A stretch of 62,077 nt of DNA, the filler included. It is 13 parts of 13 records of this genome, joined end to end, with 100 filler letters (N's around TTAATTAATTAA, not from the genome) between each part and the next. Parts side by side here need not be neighbours in the genome. Positions count along the whole stretch, not along the records: positions 48,214 to 53,548 come from SRR15195285_7577; positions 53,649 to 58,544 come from SRR15195285_7578; positions 58,645 to 62,077 come from SRR15195285_7579; 10 more parts are not named here. One strand, 5' to 3'. This document shows positions 48,343 to 60,490 of the stretch, one piece after another. The notes beneath the pieces were generated by a model. That model saw nothing but the letters and a program-made list of their open reading frames with translations. It was not told the DNA's origin and did no database searches. Each line of letters begins with the position of its first letter. The first letter of the stretch is position 1. Both the position numbers and the translations under genes were made by a program.

Positions 48343-51300
48343 ATGAGGCGCGCCGTGGCGGTGATTGGCGGAGCGCTGCTGCCCTTCACATGCGCGCAGA
48401 ATGTAGCTGGTCGAGATGCGGCTGCTGGCGTCAGCTACGTGGAGGAGCACGCGCAGCCGCGAGTCTCGGCGGTGATCGACAACTTTCTCCAGGCCCCGAT
48501 CGATCTGCTGCAGTGGAGTCTAGCCCGGCAGTGGGTGGACACATCACATTCAATGCACGAGACAGAGGCGTTCCGTCAGCTAGCCTTCGCGCAGGTTCTG
48601 AGCGAGGTGGAGCACGGGGATAGCCATGTCACAATGATTTACGGTGCGTTTGAGGACGGCCGGTTCATCGGCTACAGGCTGCCGGACGAATGCACGTCCG
48701 TGAGCAGCTGCGAGCCTACTTTCGTGTTCCGCACTCACGGCGACGCGCCCGCTTCTAGTGCCAACTGGAGCCCGTGGGCCCTAGACAGTGTCAACGCACA
48801 GTGCACGAAGTCTCCGGCATGCACCTTACCAGACAGTGGCCCCGTGCGCGCGCGCGATGTCTCCGTGCGAACGGTAAGTGACCTTCCTGCACGCGTTCCG
48901 TCAGCGTTTGAACATTCTAACGCACATTTCATGATTGCCGTCACCAGTATCACACGACATCGCTAGCAGATGTCGGTCGACCTGGCAACCTGAAAACGTG
49001 GGACGTTTATGACGCGCGTGAACGCGATTGGTACTCAAGCGCCAGCGAAGAGATTCAGTGGGCTCCGCCCTACTTGTTCGCCGACGGCGTAACGCTTGGG
49101 GTCACTGCGCGAGTACAGCTCGCACATGCGTATGGTGTAGTTGCGGTAGATTTTGATCTCGCAGATATGTCCGCGACGCTGCAGCAGGCGGTCTCTGAGT
49201 CCAAACCCGGCCTCTGGGCTTACCTTGTCGAGGTAAGCGGCGCAGAGACAGGCAGGCTGCTTGCGATGGCAGTCCATAGCTCAGGAGGAGACGAGCTTGG
49301 GCAGCAACGAATCGGGGGGGAGGCGACCAGTGCTGAACATCCGTGTATTGCCGCCTCTGCCAAGCTACTAGAAGATGAGCAGTGGCGTGAAGGAGTGTTT
49401 ATTTCCGAGGATTCTGTCCCTGGATGCGAAGTTTACGAGGGCATCGCCTCGCGTTTCGGCAGCCGTGGGATGGACTGGTTGCTGGTACTCGGCCAAGCCA
49501 CTGGGTGCACCGCTGCCAACGGAGAAGTGTGGAGCTACGGTGAGTGCAAAGTCTGCGGGGCTGGCACAGTGCCCCTCGATGATGGAAGGACGTGTGCGCG
49601 TTGCGCACAAACAGAAGAACCAAACGTGAACCGCAGCGCGTGCAACTGTAGGCAGGGCTTTGAGAACTTTGGGCGCCTGCTGGATTGGCATCCGGAGCTG
49701 AGTGGCGAACTGGCTGCCACCGGTGACGACATCAACGCCTGCTTGTCTTGCGACAACCAAATTTTCCCTCTCCACAACATCATCTGCCCTGGTGGGTCCA
49801 AGCATGGTTTTGCCGAAAGTGATGAACGCGTCATCAACGCGTATCCAAAACCAGGATGGTGGATGGCGGACTTGACCGCCAGGGAGGACAAGCTTGAACT
49901 CACGCACAACAGTTCGCGGGCTGATGCTGGACGTAGAACACTTGCGGACCTTCTCTATGCGTGCCCTGTTCAAAGTTGTGAAGGAATGCGATGCCGGCCA
50001 AATATGACCGGCTTGCTGTGCGCCGAGTGCATTCACAAATCTCATATCAAAAGTCCCAGCGGAGTTTGTGTTCCACAGTGTGAAGGAGGAGCTGCCAAAT
50101 ACTGGAGGAATACTCTTCTAAAGTTTCTGTTACTGACACTGTTGCTGCGCTGGAAAACTGGTCAGCTCGACGTGGCAATTGATGGCGCCACTATTGCCCA
50201 CCTCACGTTCTTCGGTCAGACGTTTCTCCTCCTAGGGCAGTTTGGCAGAGGAGATCTTTTTGGTTTTCGTGACCTTGCCAGGTCGACAGGCGCAAGCGAT
50301 GATGTCCAGCCGGATGCTACGGCCTGTAGCTTTCGGTTGCCCATGGGACAACAATTTTGGGTCACAGTAGCCGTCATTCCGCTATACAGCGCTGTCATCC
50401 TCCTAGTTATGCTTCTGATTGAGCGTGGAAAAATTAGACCCGTCGGTTTGAAGACAATCCAAGCCGGTGTTTCAGCGACTGGTGCTGGGCGCATATCCAC
50501 ACCGGGTGCGGCATTCCCACTCACAGTTCCACTGTGTTTTTGTGTTTTTGTGTTTTGTTCCATAGTGACTTACATATACCTACTGCGGTGCATGACTTGA
50601 ACGGACAGGATTTGTGGCCAAGCAGGCCGCGACGATGCGTGGTGCAACAGAGCTCGAATTCTTCACACATTCTGCACGATTTCGCCGTGGCCATTTCGAG
50701 CCAGCTGGCATGTGGTGGATGATTTGTTGCCTCAAATTGAAACAGAAACTCGAAACTCTGGCTGCTCAGCGCACTATCGTTGAGGTTCTGATGTTTCATT
50801 ACATGGGAATCACAACTATCGCGTTCTCGTTGCTTGTCTGCCGCGACGTTGCATCTGGTGGTGTGACTCGCTCCCTGTCGATCGTAGACCTCGCTGTCTC
50901 GTGTGAAACTATGGAATATCAGCTGCTCTGGACATGTGCTTTCTTGGTGTTTGTGTTCTACAGCTTGGGGTTTCCCTTGCTCTTGATGCTTGTCAGTAAG
51001 CCAGAGCTGCTGCGTCGCGTGCGAACGACACTTGGTTTGCGAAGAGCTGGCTCAAGTGCGCCAGGTTTGCAGGCGCGGGCAGTTTTGCCGATGAGAAGTC
51101 CCAAGTTCGATATGTGGTGTCGGGTGTCCAACATATTCACAAGCGAGAATCGAGGGTGGATGGCTCTCTTGTTGTGGCGCCGTGCCGTTCTGGTGCTTGT
51201 TTTTGGTGTCTCGCAGTCATCAAATGGTCAGCTCTACCTCCCATCAGGACTTGGGGTCGATTCCCGCTTGCTGTGCTTCGTTCTGCTTGTAGTGTACACT

Positions 51301-52492
51301 GTTGTGCAAGCCCATCAACGGCCTTACCTACTGCCCTCAGACAACGCGCTGGAGGTGTGCATTCTCATCGCGCTCATGTTCATGATGTTTGCGGATATCG
51401 CCTTGGACCGGGTATTTTGCGAGGATTGTTTTGGGGTAAACGAGCTCAAGCTGAAGACCATCGTGGTTGCCTTTACAGTGCTACTCGTAGCTTTCCTTGT
51501 AGCGATGCATAAGAAGCTCAATGCGAAACGTGGCGCTCTGGCCAAGGTCGGGTTGGTTGACACACAGTCGGCAGGATCTGGATCTGGGGCGCTGGCATCG
51601 ACCTTGTCCGCAGAGACGGGGTTGACAGAGACGGTGCTCTCCGGAGACGGCCCTGAGATCGACCTGAGGGCCGTCTCTGAGGATATCGACCTCGACGTCT
51701 CAGAGGAGAATATGATGGAGCAGAGCGATGTGGCTGCCATCTGCACAGAGTTTGGCCTGGAGATGCACGTGGTCAAACTGTATCGCAAGGCGTTCAAGGT
51801 TTGTCTCTCGCACTGTGTGTGTGCGTACGTGCGTGTGCTGTGTACATCTGCCTCTCACCGTGTCCCACTGCCTGTCTGTGGCTGCGGACCTGCAGGTTTT
51901 TGATGCTGACGGCAGCAACGATATCGATGCAAAAGAACTTCAGCATGTGTTCAGTTTAATTGGCGATCCACTTTCCGAGGAAGAAGCGACAGTCATGATC
52001 GAGAGTGTCGATGCCGATGAATCGGGTACGATTGATTTTCGTGAACTGGTTGGGATGCTTGCCGCCCGTGAGCAAGCGAAGGCGGCAGACATCGAGGTAC
52101 TCGAGGCCTTTCGAGTGCTTTCCGAGCTACAAGATGGCGCCGGCGGCAATAACATCCACGACAACGAGATTATCCTTGGTGCTACAGTGTGCATTGGCCG
52201 CGAAGGCGTCACGGAGGCGCTTAACTCCTTGGTAGTAGACGGCCTCGAGAACGACGCAGCGCTCACGGAGCAGGTCGTGACGACCATGCTGCAGTGGATG
52301 AATGGATCTTTAGGCGCGGCGGGTGAAGTCGGTTTGATCAGTCTTGATGTCTTCAAAGAGAAGATGCTCCAGCTTGGAGCGGGAGGGGATGATGCCGCAG
52401 GTGGTAGCCGCGTTGAGAACCCAGCTGTTGGCGATATAAGCTCAGCTGAGGATTACTCTCCGTTTACTGTGGGGCAGATGACACACAGCTAG
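48343..52492 (+). CDS. Putative receptor: signal peptide - dCache_1 - Cys-rich repeats - ~9 TM helices - calmodulin-like EF-hands, 4 exons (48343-48873, 48948-50505, 50609-51798, 51896-52492), ~1291 aa
   Basis: Three GT-AG introns (48874-48947, 50506-50608, 51799-51895) join four ORFs into 3876 nt. Cache motifs IYGAFEDGRFIGY, YDARERDWY, GVVAVDFDL; C..C..G repeats and GLLCAEC; RPY....DNALE in the TM region; EF loops DADGSNDIDAKE and DADESGTIDFRE. Confidence 0.82.
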
Positions 52493-52601
52493 ACGCAAGT
52501 ATGTTGGTGCTAATCGTCTTCCGCCGTCGCCGTCGTGCACTGTATCACAAAATACCAGAGTAGAAGTTAGCATAACGAGCAGCACAGAATTTCGACATTG
52601 A

Positions 52602-53426
52602 CTACCCGTGCGCTTTACTGCTCACCGAGTGGTCCAGCGGTTCCGTAGTACAAGTAGTCGCGATATCATCGGCGTTGCAGCTCCATACAGCTGTCAGTGC
52701 GCAGTACTCGTCCTCGTCGGCTGAAGCTCCGCTGATTCCAACCGCCCCCACCACACCACCGTCAGACTTCGCTCTCAGCAGCACCCCGCCCTGGCCAATC
52801 ACAGCACGGCCAGCGGGCCCCCGTCGCATGGTTTAGAAGTCGGCTTCAACGCACATCGTGCTGACTGTGCCCTGTCTACGTGAAATCCCCAGTGGGGTCC
52901 GTTGCACCCCGAAGGCAATCGCGGATCCCCCATCTGTGATGCTCAAGCGATCGCCACAATGAATTCGCTACTATCTTACAGGAAATGGCGCCATCTTCCC
53001 CTCGGTGATGTTTACCATGGACAGCATCTGGCAGTATTTCGCCGGATCAGAGTCTGACGTGTACTTGTCTCTAAAGGCCCGTGAAGACAGTCCCATGCTG
53101 ACACACGTGAAAGCCTTGGCAAAGGAGAACGCAGGAATTCCGGCGGGAGGGCAGCCGTCCATCCGTTTCTGGACCACAACCTGTGCATTGACCAACGTCA
53201 GCGCTCGCCTTTCTGGCTCTCTGGATCAGACTGCTGTGTGAGCAAGTGCAGTCAGAGCATGAGTGTGACACAAGTGCAGTTGAAGAGAATGAGTGTGACA
53301 CACGTTCCCAGCGGCATCGACGACAGTTGCGGTAATCGGCTTCCACCTGTTGCGCGAGGCCGTTCGCACGGCACTGGAGGCGATCTCGTCAGCAGCCCTC
53401 AGCGTCAGCCGCACGCCGGTGCTCAT
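52602..53426 (-). CDS. GlcG/HbpS family haem-binding protein (DUF336), 3 exons (53426-53304, 53180-52980, 52790-52602), ~170 aa
   Basis: LTL..A..IA, VVDAAGN|VVVQKRMDG, AKAFT, PFP|GGVLL, VVGAVGISGASADEDEYCA. Both introns are phase 0. Confidence 0.88.
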
Positions 53427-53649
53427 GGCGTTCTGGGCTCAGTTGTTCTTCCAGCCCAGCAACTGGCTTCGATTACGTACGTATATTGAGCGCGTCGACG
53501 GCGGGGCACGCGCGTCACACGCTGTAGCAAGTCGTACTTGTTTCCTGTNNNNNNNNNNNNNNNNNNNNNNNNNNNNNNNNNNNNNNNNNNNNTTAATTAA
53601 TTAANNNNNNNNNNNNNNNNNNNNNNNNNNNNNNNNNNNNNNNNNNNNC

Positions 53650-56600
53650 GAGTGCAGCAGCAGCCCGTGCCAGAACGGTGCAGCGTGCTCTCACTCTGAG
53701 CACGGATTGATCCTTCACGCCTACAGCTGTGCATGTGTGGCTGGGTTTGCTAATGGCGACTGTGACTACCCTTTCATCGACGAATACGAGAGTCAGTGCT
53801 CAGTCGCCGACAGTATGTCTTACCCAGACAACCCTGTGCTAAGTGGCAACTGCGACATCGACGTCAATGAATGTGAAAGCAACCCTTGTGTCAACGGTGC
53901 CGTGTGTTCGGAGTCTTCAACCGACTCGTCTGTGTCTGTGGACGCCTACAAGTGTACCTGCGCGGCTGGCTTTGCCGACGGAGTGTGCGATTACAATTTC
54001 ATCGATATCTACCAGTCCGAGTGCGTTGTAATGGAAAGCACAAATGCCAGCGCACAGCTCTTGGAAGGACGATGCGGCATTGATGTGAACGAATGTGCAA
54101 GCAACCCGTGCGAGAACAACGCAGAGTGCACGGACTCGACAAACAGTGAGGTGTCAGCGCATGCGTATCGCTGCACATGCGAAGCTGGTTTTGCAAACGG
54201 TGTGTGTGACTACGGGTTCCTTGCAGAATTTGCTGAGCAGTGCGCTGTGCTTGAAAGCGACGACCACCCAGACGAACCCAGTCTGAGTGGCAACTGTGAC
54301 ATCGACGTGAACGAGTGCGCCAGCAATCCGTGTCAGAACGGCGCAGTATGCACACACTCTGAGCACGGGCTCGGCCATCACGCGTACAGCTGCGCCTGTG
54401 CACCTGGTTATGCAAACGGTATGTGTGAGTACGGTTACATCAGTGAGTACACAAGGCTGTGCACCATCGCAGAAAGCTCAGTTTTCACTGGTGGGCCACC
54501 CAGTCCCTTGGACCCGAACATGGTGGGCTACTATGCTGGCAACTGCGATGTAGACGTAAACGAGTGCGCCAGCTATCCGTGCGAGAACGGCGCAGAATGC
54601 TCAGACTCGTCGACAGCCGGTTTCAATTTTGGATCTGGTGAAGCCTTCAGTGGAATTTTGCAGTACTCGACAGAATTGGCACTGTACGATCGCATTGCCG
54701 AACCTGTCCCGGATACTGGGACAGCGACGATCGTAGGCGACGGAGGGACTCCAATACAGCTTGGCTTTGATTTCCCGTTCTACGACAGCATTTATGATCA
54801 GTGTATAGTCAGCTCAAGCGGATACGTTGTGCTAAGCTCCAGTTTGACGCCTGGCAGCGTTCCGGTGGTGGACATCAATAATGGTACCATTGCAGGAATG
54901 ATTGCACCTTGCTGGCAAAGCCCTCAAGCACCGCAAGCGGACGTGACGGTTAGCAACACTGTGACTACCATCACCATCAGTTTCCGATCATCAGACGCAG
55001 CAGTGTGGCAGTTGAGCTTAGGTGCAGATGGGAGCTTCTCCATGGCGGTGGGTAGCTGCACTGGAGCCCCGACTACTATTATTGGCTTTGGTGAGTCTGA
55101 AAGCGGCAGTTTATGCTCTGGAGAATGCGACAGAACCACCGTGGCCTGGCAGTCCACACCACAGCTACCGGCACACGCCTACTCTTGCGCGTGCCCAGTT
55201 GGGTTTTCAAATGGTGTGTGTACGTACGACACCTGGCCCACTGCGGCCGGTATGACGGAGTCCGAGTACAGAGCTGACTGTACAGTTGCAATCAACGGCA
55301 ACTGCGACACTGATGTGGACGAGTGCATCAGCAGTCCGTGCCAGAACGGCGCTATTTGCTCAGAATCATCGACGAACGTGCTTGTTTCAGACAGTGCCTA
55401 CCGATGCGACTGTGTCGCAGGCTTTGCCAATGGGGTCTGTGCAGATGGGTTCATCGGACAATTCACAGACGAGTGCACCATTTCACAGAGCATTGCCAAC
55501 AATGGTATTATGACCCCTCACCTCGAAGCAAATACACCACGCCTGGCTGGCAACTGCGATCTGGATATCAACGAGTGCGACAGCAACCCATGCGCCAACG
55601 GTGCTGTGTGCTCAGAGTCTACATCGGACCCGTCGGTGTCACCCGACGCGTATCGCTGCACATGTATAGCTGGGTTCGCGAATGGCTGGTGTGAGGACGG
55701 TGCAGACACACGCTCAACAGACAACTCTTCATATGTACTGGAGTACGCCGCCGAGTGCACTGTTTCCGAGAGCACTACAAATGAGACGCTCACAGGAAAC
55801 TGTGACATTGACATCGACGAGTGCATAAGCTCTCCGTGCTTGCACGGAGGACGATGCTACGAATATGTGGACGATTGGGAATGTGACTGTGTCGAGGTCG
55901 TAAATCAACGCACTGGTGAGCGTGAGGCATACGATGGAGAATTCTGTGAGAACCCGATCGACGTATGTTCATACGAAGAAGACGACTGCGACCCTTACTA
56001 TGCAACGTGCATTAAACTTGGTCCTGGATTGCATGACTGTACGTGTCACATCGGTTGGTACGGTGACGGTCATACATGCTTTGACACCAACGAATGTGAT
56101 AGTAACCCGTGTGTTAATGGTGGCACTTGCACTGAATCTAGCTGTGCACCCAGCAACTTCTCACAGGGAGGCACAATATGCCTGGCCAGTGTAGAACCCG
56201 ACACACGGCCTCCAGTCGATCAGTATAGGTGCAACTGCGTTGCTGGTTTTGCCAACGGTGTGTGCAACGAAGACTGGAATCTGGATGGTAACGGTGTGAT
56301 TTCGCAAGCCCTTGTGGACTTATACGAGGAGCAGTGCACTGCAAACGTCGGTGGCCATTGTGACATCGACATCAACGAATGTGTTTCCAGTCCGTGCGAG
56401 AACGGAGCTGGTTGCACTGACTCTCGAGGTACGACGTGGACGGATGAGCCTGTAGGGCCTAACGAATTCTCGTGCGCGTGTACTGAGGGCTACTCGAACG
56501 GAGTCTGTACGTACGACCCGATTCAAGAATTCGTGGACCAGTGCCGTGTGTCGTTTGGGGGGACCTGTGATCTTGACGTGAACGAGTGTGCCAGCAGTCC

Positions 56601-58544
56601 GTGCCAGAACGGGGCAGAGTGCAGCGATTCAACCACGGAGCATCCGCCAGCGCTCCCGCCCGCAGGCATGTCGCCTGGAAATCCTGCGCAGACCTGCGAA
56701 GAAATTCAATCGGACGCATTTTATACTACGAGTGGGAGGTTCTACGTCAAGGTAGGTTTGAGTACCGCCACAGTTTGGTGTGATCTGGATCGCGCCGGCG
56801 GCGGATGGACTCTACTGCTCAAGACCTCGGCGCAGTCCAGCACATTTGAGTACGACTCTACATACTGGTCGACTGACACGGTTTTGAACGAAGACGATGT
56901 GTCGATGGATCCTACGGACGCGAAGTATTCAACATTCAACAGAATGTTGGCAACTGAATTCCTTGCAGTCTGGCCTGAGTTTTCTGGCGACTTTGCATGG
57001 CGCATCGGTCCGTTCGAGCCGAATACTGCTCTCAACTTCTTTAACAGAGACGAACCATTGGTCTTTGCCAGCGATATGGGTGGTAGAGGTACAACAGCAG
57101 TACCACAGGAGTTCAGCCATGATCACTTTTCTTACGCCAGCGGTGGCAACTTCCAGTACGGCATCAACCTCGCAGACGGCGTTCATACCAGTGTCCGCTG
57201 GGGATTCTCCTGGTCTTCTCCAGATGACACCACACTAAACGAAGCGGGAAGCGGGATTGGTGTCTTCGGCCAGTCTGACGAGACTCGCATGAGCGCAGGA
57301 TCGTGGGGCAGCAACTTGCCCTCGGCAACCGGCACTGCTACGGAAGCACGGTACCGAGTGCAGCTTTTCGGAAGATACGAAATACCTGAGACAAACCCAA
57401 CTCCATGGACTGAGTTCCTCACCGAGTCGTTTTCCGAGTCGAATCTTCAGGACTGGGTGGCCAGTGATGACCACGAGCTGAGCATAACCACGTGTGGTAC
57501 ATTCGGTGAGATCCTTGGTGGACTTGGCGTTCTGGGCTCAAATGTGTACATCTCGAAAACTTATGACAATCTTCCTCTGCATACCGCTCTGAATGTTCAG
57601 CTCGGCTTTGTGCAGATTGACACGTGGGACGACGAGGTAGCTCTGGTCTACGTTGACAACGTATTGAGATGGTCACGTTCGCTGAACGACGAAAGTGGTG
57701 CTCAAGAGTGTGGCACACAAGCAGCCTACCTGGACAAGATTGTTCCAGCCGAGGTTGTCGTTGCTCACACACGCGACACCGTGCTGGTGCAAGTGCAAAC
57801 CAGCTTGGATCAGGATGCAAACAATGAAGCGTGGGGGATCAGCGGTGTAACCCTGAAGCTGCATGATGGACAGATTCATGTACCCGTGCACCAATACACA
57901 TGTGCCTGCTCACCTGGATTCGCCAACGGCCTGTGTACGTACGACTTCATTTCTGAGTATTTGCATGAGTGCAATGTGGTCAGCTCTAGACGAGATGGCA
58001 ACTGCGACGTCGACGTCAACGAATGCATTAGCAACCCGTGCTTGAACAGCGCAGCTTGTACTGACTCAACAACAGACACCACAGTCGGCGACCACGCCTA
58101 CCGATGCACCTGCAACATGGGCTTTGCAAATGGGCATTGTGAGCCCGGATTCCTTTCGAACTACACTGAGGAGTGTACGGTGTCTGAGAGCTCAGCCAGC
58201 ATCGACTGGTCGGGCAACTGTGACCTCGATGTTAATGAATGCGACAGCAACCCTTGCCAGAACGGTGCAGAGTGCAGTGAGTCGACATTGTCCGATACGT
58301 CCTACAATGCATACAGGTGTACATGCACGCCTGGATATGCAAATGGCTACTGCCCGGCGGGATCGTATATCGACGATTATGCAACTGAATGTAACATCGC
58401 AGCGAGCGACCAAAATCCCGAGTTCGGTGGCAACTGTGACATTGATGTCAACGAGTGTGACAGCAGCCCGTGTCAGAACGGTGCCACCTGTGTAGAGTCT
58501 TCCACTGACCCGTCTGTATCGATTGACGCTTATCGATGCGCGTG
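53650..58544 (+). CDS. Large extracellular Ca-binding EGF-repeat protein with NIDO-like and fibrinogen-C-like domains, truncated at both ends
   Basis: About 15 D[VI][ND]EC.S.PC.NG..C modules; IQLGFDFPFYD...VSSSGY (NIDO-like); NPAQTCEEI...VWCDL..AGGGWTLLLK (FReD-like). The ORF is open across the whole contig. Confidence 0.92.
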
Positions 58545-58644
58545 NNNNNNNNNNNNNNNNNNNNNNNNNNNNNNNNNNNNNNNNNNNNTTAATTAATTAA
58601 NNNNNNNNNNNNNNNNNNNNNNNNNNNNNNNNNNNNNNNNNNNN

Positions 58645-58904
58645 TGCAGATGCAGATGCAGATGCAGATGCAGCCGCAGATGCGGGTTCAGCTACAACCA
58701 CAGCTGCATGCCAACACACAGGCATTCGTACCGAGCCACCAGATGCTGAACATGGCACTGCGAGAATCGTCGGCGCCGGCAGCCCCGCAGATGTTACCGC
58801 AACAACCCGTCGCCAGCAGCGTTCAGGACGATTTCGCATTCGTTGGCATGGAGATGCTTAGTGCAGTTGCGGCGCTGCGATCGCTCGGATCAGGGACGCC
58901 ATGA
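58645..58904 (+). CDS. Probable 3' end of a truncated gene with (MQ)n repeat
   Basis: (GCAGAT)n at the contig edge reads MQMQMQMQPQ and stays open to a stop at 58904. Confidence 0.4.
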
Positions 58905-59245
58905 CTGCATGTCTGAGTTTACATGGTGTTGGATGCGGCGTGAGACGCACAGCCCGGGCCGAAGATCCCCGTGGGTCAGGGCGTTGGCCGAATGCAGCTC
59001 AAGTCTTCTCTATCCATCCGATTCTGTCTGCCCTCCAAGCTACAACTTCCGACCTTCACTAGCAGTTCTTATCTCTCGAAAACGCTGTGGCTCAACTTTT
59101 GGCCTTGAAGTTAACGTAGTGGTACTAGTAGTTCGAGAAGCTCATGATTGTGTCGCCTTGTGCACTGACGGCGCCCCGCCTGTGCTGTCTTCCCCACCCC
59201 GCCCGTCCTAGCCGAACGAAGGCTCCTTCCTTTGACCCAACGAGC

Positions 59246-59320
59246 CATCGGTCGCGGCCCACCCCCGCCACACTTTAGTTTCGGAAACTAAATTGTGGCG
59301 GAGGTGGGCCGCGACCAATG
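59246..59320. repeat. Foldback hairpin: 36-bp arms, 3-nt loop, 3 mismatches
   Basis: CATCGGTCGCGGCCCACCCCCGCCACACTTTAGTTT-CGG-AAACTAAATTGTGGCGGAGGTGGGCCGCGACCAATG. Confidence 0.9.
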
Positions 59321-59464
59321 CCACGCTAGGCATACAAAAGTGGTGGGCACTTTTTCACGTTCATTGATGGCGAGCCTGTCGTGCGCACTGTAGATGACAC
59401 GGTCGATCGCGTGATGCGCATGCAAATAATCTATAGCAAAGATTGCTCAGGAAAGTGTTGGTTG

Positions 59465-60490
59465 CTACAAAGACGCCGTGACATCTGCACGCACAGCTAC
59501 CCCCCAGTATTTCCAGAGATCCGCATCGACATCGTATCTCGGATCGGTCAGTCTCTGCCATGCATCTGGCGGTAGCCACTCGCCTGGCAGCACCCACCGT
59601 TCTGGGTTGCGCATTGCCACATGTGCGTACCGAGCGAATATCGCAAAACGTGGCGTGTTCGCAAAGTTCATGGAGCCCTCGTGCAACATCTAGCCATGCC
59701 ACAGCGTTAATGTGCCGGCCTTGCCTACGATCGGGGTTACGCTGGCTGGGACGCTCAGATCGTCCTCGTAGATGGTCCTGTTTCCACGCAAACAATGTCG
59801 CAAGTGCTCGAAGTACTGTTGCGCAGTTCGGCTGGTTGCAATCAATACTTTGAACTCGGGCAATTCTGATCAACAACAGTTACATTGACGTAGAGTTTTT
59901 CTCCATAATTGTGGAAATGTGTCTTACCGATGACCACGAGCCTCGAAGTCAGGGCTGGCCATGTAGCTCCCGTCGAGAAGCGTTGGCTGCCGCAAAAAGT
60001 AGCGGTGAGTCGCGTGGTGACTTCTGGGCAACACAGTGAAACAACCGGCGTCATCTTGCTCAACGTCATTGAGATACAGCACCGCAGCCAGCATAAACCC
60101 TCCAGCCCAGCCACGCTGGGAGTATCCGTCCAGGTGCGGATCTAGCTGCCGTTGTTCACCGGGGAAGACGCACACAGGGCGGTCATCAGGCGAGATGACC
60201 GTAAATGCACCGTCCGAGAGCTGATCCACAATGCCACGCAGAAGCGGCAGCTCAAACAGCCGTGGCACAATGGTCGCGCCAGCCAACATCGTCCGGCTCC
60301 CCCAGCTTGCAGGATCGTTCTCCGCTACGCCGAAACTATCCCAGAGCTGCGATTTCCATTCCTGCAGTTGTTTCTCACCGATAATGTGGGCCACATTTAG
60401 CTGCAGGAAGCCCTGACGCTTGAAGCTGGCGATCTGTGACTGGCTGAGCAACAGCGGTGGTGCAGGCTCAGCGGCGCCTGCACTTGCCAT
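59465..60490 (-). pseudogene. PhyH-like dioxygenase, 2 exons (60490-59928, 59777-59465), interrupted by in-frame TAG at 59692-59690
   Basis: LSQSQIASFKRQGFL, PHLDGY (HxD), YLNDV, GCFTVLPRSH. After intron 59927-59778 the frame reads GKAGTLTLWHG*MLHEGSMN..TPRFAIF, so the stop precedes the distal His and the 2OG-binding Arg. Confidence 0.7.

Noticed and set aside
59690-59692. Genome-wide TAG reassignment or pyrrolysine
   Set aside because: Several genes in the window end in TAG, long ORFs show no other internal TAG, and no pyl machinery is visible.
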